DNA of 64,000 bases from an uncultured virus (IMG/VR IMGVR_UViG_3300024270_002235) (Duplodnaviria; Heunggongvirae; Uroviricota; Caudoviricetes). The notes beneath the pieces are model-generated. The model saw only the letters and a program-made list of their open reading frames with translations, searched no databases and was not told the DNA's origin. Below are positions 29,320-38,204 of the stretch, in pieces. How positions within the stretch are numbered: position 1 is the first letter of the stretch; each line of letters starts with the position of its first letter. The stretch lies in the IMG/VR virus record IMGVR_UViG_3300024270_002235; one strand, given 5' to 3'. Both the position numbers and the translations under genes were made by a program.

Positions 29320-29523
29320 ATGAGAAAATTATCAGAATTATTAAACGATTTAATTGAGTTAGAGAATCAATATAATATGATAAATGCAACTATGGAAGAA
29401 TGTGATTATAAAACAGAAGTTCTTATGGATTTAAGTTTAGCAATGGATTATATAGGTTCTTGTTTAATGTATGGTGATTATATAAATGATACAGGAAAAG
29501 AATATAATTATTTTGAAGATTAG
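29320..29523 (+). CDS. hypothetical early protein
   Basis: SD aggagg, 67 aa. Confidence 0.7.
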   Translation: MRKLSELLNDLIELENQYNMINATMEECDYKTEVLMDLSLAMDYIGSCLMYGDYINDTGKEYNYFED

Positions 29524-29537
29524 GGAGGTAATTTAAT

Positions 29538-29897
29538 ATGAAAATGTGGGAAGCTATGATGAAAGTTAATAATGGGTTTAAGGTTAGAAAGAACTGTTGG
29601 GAAGAAGGGAGGTATGTATATTCTAATCGTGGTAAGTTAATGTGGGAAAATGGAAGTCTTGTAGAAGAATTAATAGATGATGGAACTGAATGGGAAGTTT
29701 ATAGTGATAAACCAGAAAGGGTTGATAAATTTTGGAAAGAATTTCATGATAGTATTATGAATTTAGCAGAATCTTATCAAGAAATGCTAAACTCATGTGG
29801 AGGTGAATGTGGTAATTGTCCATTTAGAGAAGCATGTGCTAGATATGATGATTTATATTATGAATTAACTTTTCTAAATGATGAATATCTTAGATAG
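29538..29897 (+). CDS. DUF2829/Tad2-like N-terminus + Cys-cluster C-terminus
   Basis: MKMWEAM..V..G.KVR...W...YVY...EWEVY; CGGECGNCPFREAC. Confidence 0.4.
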   Translation: MKMWEAMMKVNNGFKVRKNCWEEGRYVYSNRGKLMWENGSLVEELIDDGTEWEVYSDKPERVDKFWKEFHDSIMNLAESYQEMLNSCGGECGNCPFREACARYDDLYYELTFLNDEYLR

Positions 29898-29924
29898 TAA
29901 AATTATATAATAATTTAGGAGGTA

Positions 29925-30155
29925 ATGTGTATGGATAAATTTATAATGTTTGAAGCAGACGATGTTGTAGTTAATTTAAGTGAAGTATCACACGCATATG
30001 TTGAAGAATATTATGATTGTGAAACAGGTATGGTTGATGAAGACACGTGGGTTTTAGAAATTACAATGAAAAATGGAAAATCCATTGAATTATTGTATGA
30101 CACAAAAAATGAAGCTAATAAGGATTTAAAAAGATTATTTAATAAATTATCTTAG
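29925..30155 (+). CDS. hypothetical early protein
   Basis: SD aggagg, ~75 aa. Confidence 0.7.
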   Translation: MCMDKFIMFEADDVVVNLSEVSHAYVEEYYDCETGMVDEDTWVLEITMKNGKSIELLYDTKNEANKDLKRLFNKLS

Positions 30156-30167
30156 GAGGGTGATTGT

Positions 30168-31622
30168 ATGATAATAGAAAGAAATAATGGGATTGAAAAG
30201 AATGGATTTATGTTACAAATTTCTAATATAGATAAAGAGGCAGAATTAGATTTAAAAGCAGGAAAAGCATTCGTTGTCTATGAACCGATAAAAGATAAGA
30301 AGACAACAGATGGTAGTTATAATAAAGGAGGAATCCGTTCGGATTTCTTCTATAGTGAAATGTCAAGTGAGAATGCATTTAAAGAAAGATATAGTTGTGA
30401 ATGTGGATATCTAGAAGGTAAATCTCATGAATCATCTATATGTCCATATTGTAGAAGTAATGTTAGATTAGTTGATATAGATTTAGAAAAATTTGCTTAT
30501 ATTAAAATCAAAGATTATTATATAATTCATCCAGCATTATATTTATACCTTAATAATATAATGGGTGAAAAGAATAAGCAATCTATATTAGAGAATATTA
30601 TACAACCACCTAAATTTGTAGATACAGATCAATTTGGTAATCCATTATTAGATGATGAAATTGAATTTGATAAAGATCAACCATTTAAGAATATAGGAAT
30701 GATAGAATTCCAAAGAAGATTTGATGAGATATTAGATTATTATGCTGAAAAGAATAAAAGAAATTCTAATATGGAAGGTAATGTTGCATTTGTAAAAGCT
30801 AATAAAGATAAATTATTCTTCCAATATATTCCAGTATTTAGTTCAGCATTAAGATTTGCAATGGTTCAAAATGAAATCAACTTTGTAAATGGAACTGATA
30901 AGATATACAATATGATATTTAGTTCAGTATCTAGAATGAATAATTCAAATGATGCTTTATCAGTAGATAAGAAATTACCATATATACAAAAGAAAGTAAA
31001 TGAACTATATGAGAAAATGTTCAGTACAATTAATAAGAAAGATGGGTTTATAAAATCAGGTGTGTTAGCAGGAAGAATGAATTACACATCAAGAAACGTT
31101 ATAATATCAAATCCAAACTTAGCAGCAGATGAAATTATATTATCATATATATCATTCTTAGAGATGTATAAATTTGAGATAATACAAAAATTAGCAAGTA
31201 CACAAAACATAACTGAAAGTCAAGCATATAGTGAATGGTATATGGGTTGTATAAATTTCAGTGAAAAGATATATAAGATAATCAAATTAATGATAGCACA
31301 AGATTTAACATATTGCTTAATTAACCGTGCTCCAACTATAGACGTAGGTTCTATATTACAAGTTAAGATTGTAGATGTAACAAAAAGAGTAGATGATTAT
31401 ACAATGGCAATATCTCTTATGATCCTTAGTGGTCTTAACGCAGATTTTGATGGCGACAACTTAACAATAACTAAGCTATCAGCTAAAGATCAAATCAAAG
31501 CAACTAGAAAGTATAATGCAAGATTGTTCTTAATGGTATCTCATAATGATGGTTTATTAAGTGGTAACATGATGCCAATAAAAGACCTAGCAATAGGTTT
31601 AAGTCATTTCTGTAGAGTATAG
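30168..31622 (+). CDS. rpoC: multisubunit RNA polymerase beta' N-terminal half (probably non-virion RNAP)
   Basis: Zn finger CECG...CPYC, GRMNYTSR.VI, INRAPT, catalytic NADFDGD. Confidence 0.92.
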   Translation: MIIERNNGIEKNGFMLQISNIDKEAELDLKAGKAFVVYEPIKDKKTTDGSYNKGGIRSDFFYSEMSSENAFKERYSCECGYLEGKSHESSICPYCRSNVRLVDIDLEKFAYIKIKDYYIIHPALYLYLNNIMGEKNKQSILENIIQPPKFVDTDQFGNPLLDDEIEFDKDQPFKNIGMIEFQRRFDEILDYYAEKNKRNSNMEGNVAFVKANKDKLFFQYIPVFSSALRFAMVQNEINFVNGTDKIYNMIFSSVSRMNNSNDALSVDKKLPYIQKKVNELYEKMFSTINKKDGFIKSGVLAGRMNYTSRNVIISNPNLAADEIILSYISFLEMYKFEIIQKLASTQNITESQAYSEWYMGCINFSEKIYKIIKLMIAQDLTYCLINRAPTIDVGSILQVKIVDVTKRVDDYTMAISLMILSGLNADFDGDNLTITKLSAKDQIKATRKYNARLFLMVSHNDGLLSGNMMPIKDLAIGLSHFCRV

Positions 31623-31632
31623 GAGGTATATT

Positions 31633-31911
31633 ATGTATAAAGAATTAATCAGAACGGATAGGTGTTTAATTAAGTATATGGATATGGTAAAATTATACGA
31701 CAGGGATTTTACAATCCTTGATCGTTATAGAGGTTATTTAGAGATAATAAGAGAATATAAATTAAGAGATAGAGAAGCATTTATATTATTACACCAACTA
31801 TTTAAAGATGAAGAATTAGAATTATTTAAAGATGATGTAAACGATCATATTGTGAATGCATTGAGAAAAAATGTAATGAACAGATATCTTGAGAATGGAT
31901 ATAAAGGATAA
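31633..31911 (+). CDS. hypothetical protein
   Basis: SD aggagg, 92 aa. Confidence 0.7.
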   Translation: MYKELIRTDRCLIKYMDMVKLYDRDFTILDRYRGYLEIIREYKLRDREAFILLHQLFKDEELELFKDDVNDHIVNALRKNVMNRYLENGYKG

Positions 31912-31936
31912 AGAGGTTCAAACCTCTTTATTTTTT
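31908..31936 (+). terminator. intrinsic terminator
   Basis: ataaagaggtt/aacctctttat + T run. Confidence 0.7.
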
Positions 31937-31947
31937 ATATTAATTTA

Positions 31948-31959
31948 TACAATTTATTA
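31948..31959 (+). promoter_or_regulatory. late-type promoter (TACA variant)
   Basis: TACA atttat TA. Confidence 0.5.
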
Positions 31960-31984
31960 AAATTTTGTATTGGAGGTTAGATAT

Positions 31985-32350
31985 ATGATTTCTAGTGTAG
32001 TAGTAACTAAAGACATGAATATGGTACATTTTACGAAAATAGAAATTGATATAGTAACTGGAAAGATGAAAACTCATTTAGCTAATTTTGAAATAACAGA
32101 AGAACTAAGAGAACATGTGCTAAATAAACATAGAGTATATTTGCCATGTAAGATAACAGTAGATCAAGATATAACTCATGTTCCGTATGGTGCTGTATTA
32201 TATGTTCCAGTATTTTGGGAAGATGAGTCTATAGAGAATTATACACAAGCAATATTAGATGAACTTTATTTATATAATAATAATTTACCTGGACATAAAA
32301 CACTTGCACAAATAGAACAAAGTTTTGGATTGGAGATGCTTTTATTATAG
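31985..32350 (+). CDS. hypothetical protein
   Basis: SD ggagg before ATG 31985. Confidence 0.7.
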   Translation: MISSVVVTKDMNMVHFTKIEIDIVTGKMKTHLANFEITEELREHVLNKHRVYLPCKITVDQDITHVPYGAVLYVPVFWEDESIENYTQAILDELYLYNNNLPGHKTLAQIEQSFGLEMLLL

Positions 32351-32361
32351 GGGGTGCGAAC

Positions 32362-32958
32362 ATGATTGAAGAGGTAAGGATTAATAGACAATCAGTTATA
32401 CGTTGGTATAAAGAAGATGATGAATATAGAGTAGTAGTTAAAGTTTATAATAGAGAAATTTATAATAAAAAACTTGATAGAAAACATTATGAAATATATC
32501 ATCATTATATAAACGAAAGAGTTAAATATTTAATAGGAGAAGGGATATTAGATAGAGAATATTCAATGATTCTATTAGATAATACAATGTATAAAGTAAT
32601 CGATAACTTTCATTTTATGGAATTAACTAGATTCCTGGTACCAGTAAGAGGTCTAGAAATGATAAAAGTTCAAGATAATTTGTTTGATATAGTTCTAGAT
32701 GCCACGCTGAGAACGGGAGAAATCTATGATGAAACTGATTTGGTATATCATAATAGTATATTTTATACAAATGGAAAATATATAATGGATATTAATGATT
32801 TTGATAGAGTTGGTATCGAATATGAAGAATATGATTTATTAAACGGTTTAAATATGGAACAAAGTGATTATTTATTTTATAAAATGTATTATGAATTAGA
32901 TGTTATTAGAGTTAAAAATTATATTACAAGTAATGTTAAACTTAAATTAGGTTGGTGA
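32362..32958 (+). CDS. hypothetical protein
   Basis: 198-aa ORF with SD. Confidence 0.7.
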   Translation: MIEEVRINRQSVIRWYKEDDEYRVVVKVYNREIYNKKLDRKHYEIYHHYINERVKYLIGEGILDREYSMILLDNTMYKVIDNFHFMELTRFLVPVRGLEMIKVQDNLFDIVLDATLRTGEIYDETDLVYHNSIFYTNGKYIMDINDFDRVGIEYEEYDLLNGLNMEQSDYLFYKMYYELDVIRVKNYITSNVKLKLGW

Positions 32959-32979
32959 TTATACCAACCTAATTTTTTT
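32944..32979 (+). terminator. intrinsic terminator
   Basis: aaattaggttggt/accaacctaattt + T run. Confidence 0.75.
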
Positions 32980-32987
32980 CTTATCAA

Positions 32988-32999
32988 AACAATGAGATA
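32988..32999 (+). promoter_or_regulatory. late-type promoter
   Basis: AACA atgaga TA. Confidence 0.6.
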
Positions 33000-33028
33000 A
33001 TGAATATACTAAGAAGGAGGTAGATGTA

Positions 33029-34309
33029 ATGAGATATTCTATGGCAGCTGCCAGTCTAGCTCATACTTATGGGAATATAGCAACATTTGCTAATGATTTT
33101 TTAGTAAACTTATTCCCACCTAATTATTTTAAGACAAACTATATAAACTCTACTATTGCTTATAGAGATTTCGCTACTTTCAATAATAATAGAAAAGAGT
33201 TTATAAAAAAACAAAAACCTATGATTATCATGAAGCCGAGAATAGAAATGGATATGAATGACGAGCTTCCTATAAATCAAACATATTTAGCTCAAAGGAT
33301 TTATGATATAAATAATGATGATATTGAATCAGGTAACTTACAAAACTTTTTCTATGATAGAGATAATAAAAGACAAATTCAATTTTTATTAAACTCTTTA
33401 AGAATAGTATTTGACGTTGCGATAATAGTAGAAACGCAAATGGAACAAATAAACTTAGCACATTATTTTAAAAACAGAGTAAGACAAAATTGGGAAATGA
33501 CTAAAGTCGTCGGACTTGAAAGTTACATTTCTAGAGATATAATGTGGTTATTAGCAAAAGATGCTGGATATGAAGATGTATTTACTACAAGTGAAGAAAA
33601 TAGAATAGGTGAGTTCTTATCTTATGTAAATAATAACAGTATGTATCCAGTAACTATAAAATATAAAAATGCGTCGGGTAGACATGAATTCTTCAGATAC
33701 CATCATTCCCATGTTAACATGGCTATTACAGGATTATCTATAGACGATCCTAGTAAAAAGAATATGGTTTCAGATGAATGCTATATAACTTTCTCTTTAA
33801 GATGTGATTTTAATACTGCAGGACTTTATGTTTACTTATCTAATAATGATGTAATTTTCGATCAAGTGAGAAATGAAGGATTGCAAGATAGTAGTATGCT
33901 ATTAGGAAATGATAAGTTAGTTCCTACATTCACACCACAATATTATGCTACTAACAGAACTATGCCTAATGGATGGCAAGTATTTACAATGCCTGCATTT
34001 GAAATAGATACTGATGAAGTACCTTATCCTTTAGATCTGTCAGTATTGTTAAATACAAGTTTAACTGAAGCTTATAATTATCATAAGAAACATGGTATTC
34101 CAATGACAACTTTCTTAGATGCAGTAGTCCTGAAAGGTCCTAGAGAAATGGAAGTTGAACGAAAGGAATATAGAATTGACTGGGATGAACTAAAACTATA
34201 TGTTTATAATTGTAGTATAACTGCAGAATATAGATTTATAATGCTTGTGAATACAGAATATTTGAATAATTTATTAGCAGATATTGTTAAATTTAGAGAA
34301 GAAAAATAG
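33029..34309 (+). CDS. putative virion structural protein
   Basis: 426 aa, late-type promoter; function not recognised. Confidence 0.4.
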   Translation: MRYSMAAASLAHTYGNIATFANDFLVNLFPPNYFKTNYINSTIAYRDFATFNNNRKEFIKKQKPMIIMKPRIEMDMNDELPINQTYLAQRIYDINNDDIESGNLQNFFYDRDNKRQIQFLLNSLRIVFDVAIIVETQMEQINLAHYFKNRVRQNWEMTKVVGLESYISRDIMWLLAKDAGYEDVFTTSEENRIGEFLSYVNNNSMYPVTIKYKNASGRHEFFRYHHSHVNMAITGLSIDDPSKKNMVSDECYITFSLRCDFNTAGLYVYLSNNDVIFDQVRNEGLQDSSMLLGNDKLVPTFTPQYYATNRTMPNGWQVFTMPAFEIDTDEVPYPLDLSVLLNTSLTEAYNYHKKHGIPMTTFLDAVVLKGPREMEVERKEYRIDWDELKLYVYNCSITAEYRFIMLVNTEYLNNLLADIVKFREEK

Positions 34310-34314
34310 ACCGA

Positions 34315-34326
34315 AACAATTTCTTA
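34315..34326 (+). promoter_or_regulatory. late-type promoter
   Basis: AACA atttct TA. Confidence 0.6.
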
Positions 34327-34369
34327 ATGGATAGCAAATAAAACTTTTTAATAAAGGAGGTGTTTTCTT

Positions 34370-35164
34370 TTGAGTATACGCTTTATTCAAACAAACTATG
34401 GAAAAATAGATTGTTACAATGTGTTAAAGTTCCTGTTAGATTTAACTGTAATTGATTTAGAAAATGTTAAACCGTATGAACAAGGAAAAATCTATACAAA
34501 AGGTGATTATGTACATTTAAAAGAAAACAGTATTCACAAAATATATCGTTGTAAAGCAGATCAATCATCAAATACGTTTATACCTGATGAATGGGAACAT
34601 GTATTAGACGTATATGATGAAGAGGTAAAAAAAGCTGGAAGTATTTATATTAGAGAAGAAGTTGTTTATGTTGACAAAGACAATATTGATAATATTGTTA
34701 TTTCAGACTATAAACACGGTACTTCAATTGTAACTATTTATATTGATAAAGATATTTATTTAAATGGTAGAGATTTTGTAATAGATGAGAATGGTAAAAT
34801 TACATTTATACCTTCAAGTATAGTACAAATAGGAGATAAAGTTATCATTGAAATAAAAGAATCTATAGGATTACCTGACAGATTAATCATGTTAAGTAGT
34901 AACGGTAATAACTATGAAGTCGGTGTTATTGGTGAGGATGTATTTATAATATTATCAGAATTCAAATATTCTAAACCTGAAATATTTGTTAAAGATTCAG
35001 CTACAGATGAAGTATATAAAATTTATATGATAGATGAAGATATATTTTTTGAGTTAACAGACATTTATACATCTCAAACAGAAATTAAAATATTAGATGT
35101 CGATAGAAATCCATATATATTAGAAATGGTTAATGGTGAATTTTTCTTTTCACCTAAAGAATAA
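34370..35164 (+). CDS. putative structural protein (CBM5/12-like Y..GD.V...IYRC...EW motif, C-terminal short beta repeats)
   Basis: TTG start after aaggagg; N-terminal region resembles the next gene. Confidence 0.45.
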   Translation: MSIRFIQTNYGKIDCYNVLKFLLDLTVIDLENVKPYEQGKIYTKGDYVHLKENSIHKIYRCKADQSSNTFIPDEWEHVLDVYDEEVKKAGSIYIREEVVYVDKDNIDNIVISDYKHGTSIVTIYIDKDIYLNGRDFVIDENGKITFIPSSIVQIGDKVIIEIKESIGLPDRLIMLSSNGNNYEVGVIGEDVFIILSEFKYSKPEIFVKDSATDEVYKIYMIDEDIFFELTDIYTSQTEIKILDVDRNPYILEMVNGEFFFSPKE

Positions 35165-35175
35165 CTAGAGAAAGG

Positions 35176-35709
35176 GTGATGAATGTGAGCATTGAGTATT
35201 TTAAAAGAAACCTTAAAAAGTTTGATCATGACAATTTAATAGCTTTTTTATTTGATATAATTTTACGTGTTGATATTAATGAAGTTACAGATTTTGATGA
35301 AAATGTTCAATATCATTTAAATGAAAAAGTCTATGTCAATGACGTTAAAGGTAAACATCATATATACAAATGTAAAGTAGAAAACTCTACTATCGGAGAA
35401 TTAAAAGATGATGAATGGGTTGATCTTATACAAAGTTTTAGAAAACCTATAATATCAGATGAAACTATAGTTGCTAGTTTAGATATAAGACAAGAAGTAT
35501 TACAGGCAACTGAAGATGGTCAGGTTGAATTTAAATTAAAAACTGCAGGTGTTGGAGAAGATGAATATAATATAATTATATTCCACTCAAGAATAGGAAG
35601 ATTAGCTAAAGTTGATTTCCAAATATCTGGACAAAATATAGTATTAAATGAAGAATATAAATTAAATAAAGGTGAAAAATTAGTAGTGGATTTATACGGT
35701 AAAATGTAA
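35176..35709 (+). CDS. putative structural protein, paralogous to 34370..35164
   Basis: Y..NEKVY...HIYKC...DEW and DF.I.G..I...GEKLVV motifs shared with the previous gene. Confidence 0.45.
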   Translation: MMNVSIEYFKRNLKKFDHDNLIAFLFDIILRVDINEVTDFDENVQYHLNEKVYVNDVKGKHHIYKCKVENSTIGELKDDEWVDLIQSFRKPIISDETIVASLDIRQEVLQATEDGQVEFKLKTAGVGEDEYNIIIFHSRIGRLAKVDFQISGQNIVLNEEYKLNKGEKLVVDLYGKM

Positions 35710-35711
35710 TT

Positions 35712-35742
35712 AGTTAGTAGGATTTTTTCCTACTAACTTTTT
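35712..35742 (+). terminator. intrinsic terminator
   Basis: agttagtagga/tcctactaact + T run. Confidence 0.75.
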
Positions 35743-35753
35743 ATATGTCATCT

Positions 35754-35765
35754 AACAAATATTTA
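35754..35765 (+). promoter_or_regulatory. late-type promoter
   Basis: AACA aatatt TA. Confidence 0.6.
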
Positions 35766-35791
35766 GATAAAAGATGTAGGGAGGTAAACAT

Positions 35792-36073
35792 ATGAAAATG
35801 ACATTAGAAAGATATGTTGAATTAATGAATACGAAGTTTAGATTGAAAAAAGCAGCAGAAGATTTAGGATTTGAGAATCTCAATAATGTTTTATATTTTA
35901 GAGAAACTGATGAAGTATATTTAAAATTCGACGATTATGAAGTATATGTATGGTTTAATGATAAACCTAGATGTAAAACATCACAATATTATGAAGCTAT
36001 AAGAACAGTGATAGATGATGGACATTATACAGAAGAAAGTTATATAAAATGGGCAATAGAAAATTTAAAATAA
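35792..36073 (+). CDS. hypothetical protein
   Basis: SD gggagg, 93 aa. Confidence 0.7.
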   Translation: MKMTLERYVELMNTKFRLKKAAEDLGFENLNNVLYFRETDEVYLKFDDYEVYVWFNDKPRCKTSQYYEAIRTVIDDGHYTEESYIKWAIENLK

Positions 36074-36098
36074 ATAATATAAAAAGGAGTGTTTAATT

Positions 36099-36347
36099 AT
36101 GAATATATTAAAACCTATGATGGAAGTATTAGCTTTATGTGCAGGTGCTGCTGCAGGAATATTTATATTAAATTTTGTAAGTGAGGCTAAAGCAAAAAAA
36201 GAAAAAGAAGAAGTTCATCATAGTTGTGAAGGTTCATGTGGATGCCATCATGATGCAGACGGAGATTGTTGTGGAGGTGAATGCGGACATTGTGGAGAAG
36301 GACATGAATGTTGCGGACATTGTCATAAAGAAGATGACGCTGAATAA
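36099..36347 (+). CDS. membrane-anchored Cys/His-rich small protein
   Basis: Hydrophobic N-terminus; HHSCEGSCGCHHDADGDCCGGECGHCGEGHECCGHCH. Confidence 0.7.
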   Translation: MNILKPMMEVLALCAGAAAGIFILNFVSEAKAKKEKEEVHHSCEGSCGCHHDADGDCCGGECGHCGEGHECCGHCHKEDDAE

Positions 36348-36360
36348 TTATATTCAGCGT

Positions 36361-36372
36361 AACAAAATTATA
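36361..36372 (+). promoter_or_regulatory. late-type promoter
   Basis: AACA aaatta TA before thyA. Confidence 0.55.
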
Positions 36373-36391
36373 TCAAATTTATAGGAGGATA

Positions 36392-37228
36392 ATGTGTATG
36401 AATAAAGCAGATATAGCTTATAAAAAAATTTTAACTGAAGTAATTGAAAATGGTATCGTAGATAAAGATCCAAGACCTTATTGGTTAGAAGAAGATGGAT
36501 CTCATACACCAGCTCATAGTATATTTACAACTCAGTATGTTGAGACATTTGATATATCTAAAGGAGAATTCCCAATAACGACAATTAAACCAACTGCCTG
36601 GAAAACTGGAATTAGAGAGATGTTGTGGATTTATCAAGAAGCATCTAATGATTTAAAAGTTGCCAGAGAAAAGTTTGGTATAACATGGTGGAATCCGTGG
36701 GATATAGGTGACGGAACAATTGGTTCGACATATGGAGCGATTGTAAAGAAATATGATTTAATGGGAACGTTATTAAAAGGAATTCAAGAGAATCCTTATG
36801 GTAGAAGACATATAATGAGCTTATGGCAAGAAGAAGAACTAAGAGGAGTTATAGGATTACCTCCTTGTGCTTTCCAAACATTATGGACAGTAAGAGGGGA
36901 ATTTTTAGATTGTACGTTAGTTCAAAGAAGCCAAGATATATTAGGTGCAAATAATATTAATAATATACAATATGTTGCATTACAAATGATGGTTGCTAAA
37001 CATTGTGGATTAAAACCAGGTAAGTTTACACATTTCATTCAAAACGTGCACATATATGATAGACATATGCCGATAGCAGCTGAAATATTAAATAGACCTG
37101 TTAGTGAAAAACAACCTAAATTAATATTTGAACCTAAATCAAATAATTTTTATGAGTTTACAATAGATGATTTTAAAGTAGTTGATTATGAACCACAAGC
37201 TAAAATATTTATACCAATAGCTATATAG
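36392..37228 (+). CDS. thyA: thymidylate synthase
   Basis: GRRHIMSLW, LPPC, QRSQD, N, HIYDRH. Confidence 0.95.
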   Translation: MCMNKADIAYKKILTEVIENGIVDKDPRPYWLEEDGSHTPAHSIFTTQYVETFDISKGEFPITTIKPTAWKTGIREMLWIYQEASNDLKVAREKFGITWWNPWDIGDGTIGSTYGAIVKKYDLMGTLLKGIQENPYGRRHIMSLWQEEELRGVIGLPPCAFQTLWTVRGEFLDCTLVQRSQDILGANNINNIQYVALQMMVAKHCGLKPGKFTHFIQNVHIYDRHMPIAAEILNRPVSEKQPKLIFEPKSNNFYEFTIDDFKVVDYEPQAKIFIPIAI

Positions 37229-37240
37229 GAGGACATATAA

Positions 37241-37744
37241 ATGATTAAAATGATTTTTTGTTCCGATATTATGGGTGCTATAGGATTTAATAACGAATTA
37301 TTATATAATATAAAAGAAGATATGAAATTTTTTAAAGGTATGACAATGTATCACAAAGTTGTGATGGGATATAATACATGGGTTTCTTTACCAAAGAAAC
37401 CCCTTCCTAATAGAGTTAATTATATCTTATGTAATGGCGAATGTGATATTGAAGAAACTGAAAATGTCAAAGTTTTAAATAATTTGGAACAAGTAATCGA
37501 ACTTGGAAAGAATGATGATATATTTATAATCGGTGGGGCTCAGTTATATAATTCCATAATCGATAGTGGAATGTTAGATGAAGCTTATGTAACAATGGTT
37601 TTAGATGAACATTATTCTGCGGATAGATATGTTCATATATTTAAATTGGCTGAAGTTTTACCTAAAAGAGAATATATTAGAATGATTAAATTTAAACATT
37701 ATAATAGTATATTAGATGCACATATTTATAAATATTCAAAATAA
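37241..37744 (+). CDS. folA: dihydrofolate reductase
   Basis: AIG..N.L, EDMKFFK, VVMGYNTW.SL..PLPNR.N, IIGGAQLY. Confidence 0.95.
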   Translation: MIKMIFCSDIMGAIGFNNELLYNIKEDMKFFKGMTMYHKVVMGYNTWVSLPKKPLPNRVNYILCNGECDIEETENVKVLNNLEQVIELGKNDDIFIIGGAQLYNSIIDSGMLDEAYVTMVLDEHYSADRYVHIFKLAEVLPKREYIRMIKFKHYNSILDAHIYKYSK

Positions 37745-37783
37745 AATATATACGTATAGGATAATTCCTATACGTATATATTT
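37743..37783. terminator. bidirectional terminator at the strand switch
   Basis: aaatatatacgtatagga/tcctatacgtatatattt. Confidence 0.85.
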
Positions 37784-38114
37784 ATTCTTTTTTCTCAGGT
37801 TCTTTAGGTTGTTCTTCAACCTTTTCATGTTCATCACAATCATCAAATATACATTTTAAACATAATACATGATTACTATCATTTATACCAGGGCTACTAG
37901 TATCAACAACAGTATTAAATAATGATACTGCAACTATGCTTAAGCAATATGGATTGCTAATAGCAGCTATTATAACTTGGAAAAATGTTCCCCATGTAGT
38001 AACATCAGACCAGTTGATTCCTAAATATCCTAATATTGGTACAAATATTGAAAGTAATAATTGAATATAGAACATCGGATTTTGTTTTCTAATAGTCCAG
38101 TTTATTTTTGGCAT
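37782..38114 (-). CDS. holin, phiLC3-like family
   Basis: KINWTIR.QNP.F, two TM helices, VVDTSSPGINDS. Confidence 0.8.
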   Translation of the reverse strand: MPKINWTIRKQNPMFYIQLLLSIFVPILGYLGINWSDVTTWGTFFQVIIAAISNPYCLSIVAVSLFNTVVDTSSPGINDSNHVLCLKCIFDDCDEHEKVEEQPKEPEKKE

Positions 38115-38143
38115 TTCATCTACCACCTTTTATTTATATTTAT

Positions 38144-38155
38144 TATATCATTGTT
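38144..38155 (-). promoter_or_regulatory. late-type promoter
   Basis: AACA atgata TA on the minus strand. Confidence 0.6.
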
Positions 38156-38167
38156 TTGATGACAAAA

Positions 38168-38197
38168 AAGTAGATAGAGAATATTCTCTATCTACTT
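38168..38197 (-). terminator. intrinsic terminator
   Basis: aagtagatagaga/tctctatctactt. Confidence 0.8.
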
Positions 38198-38204
38198 AAT
38201 TTTA

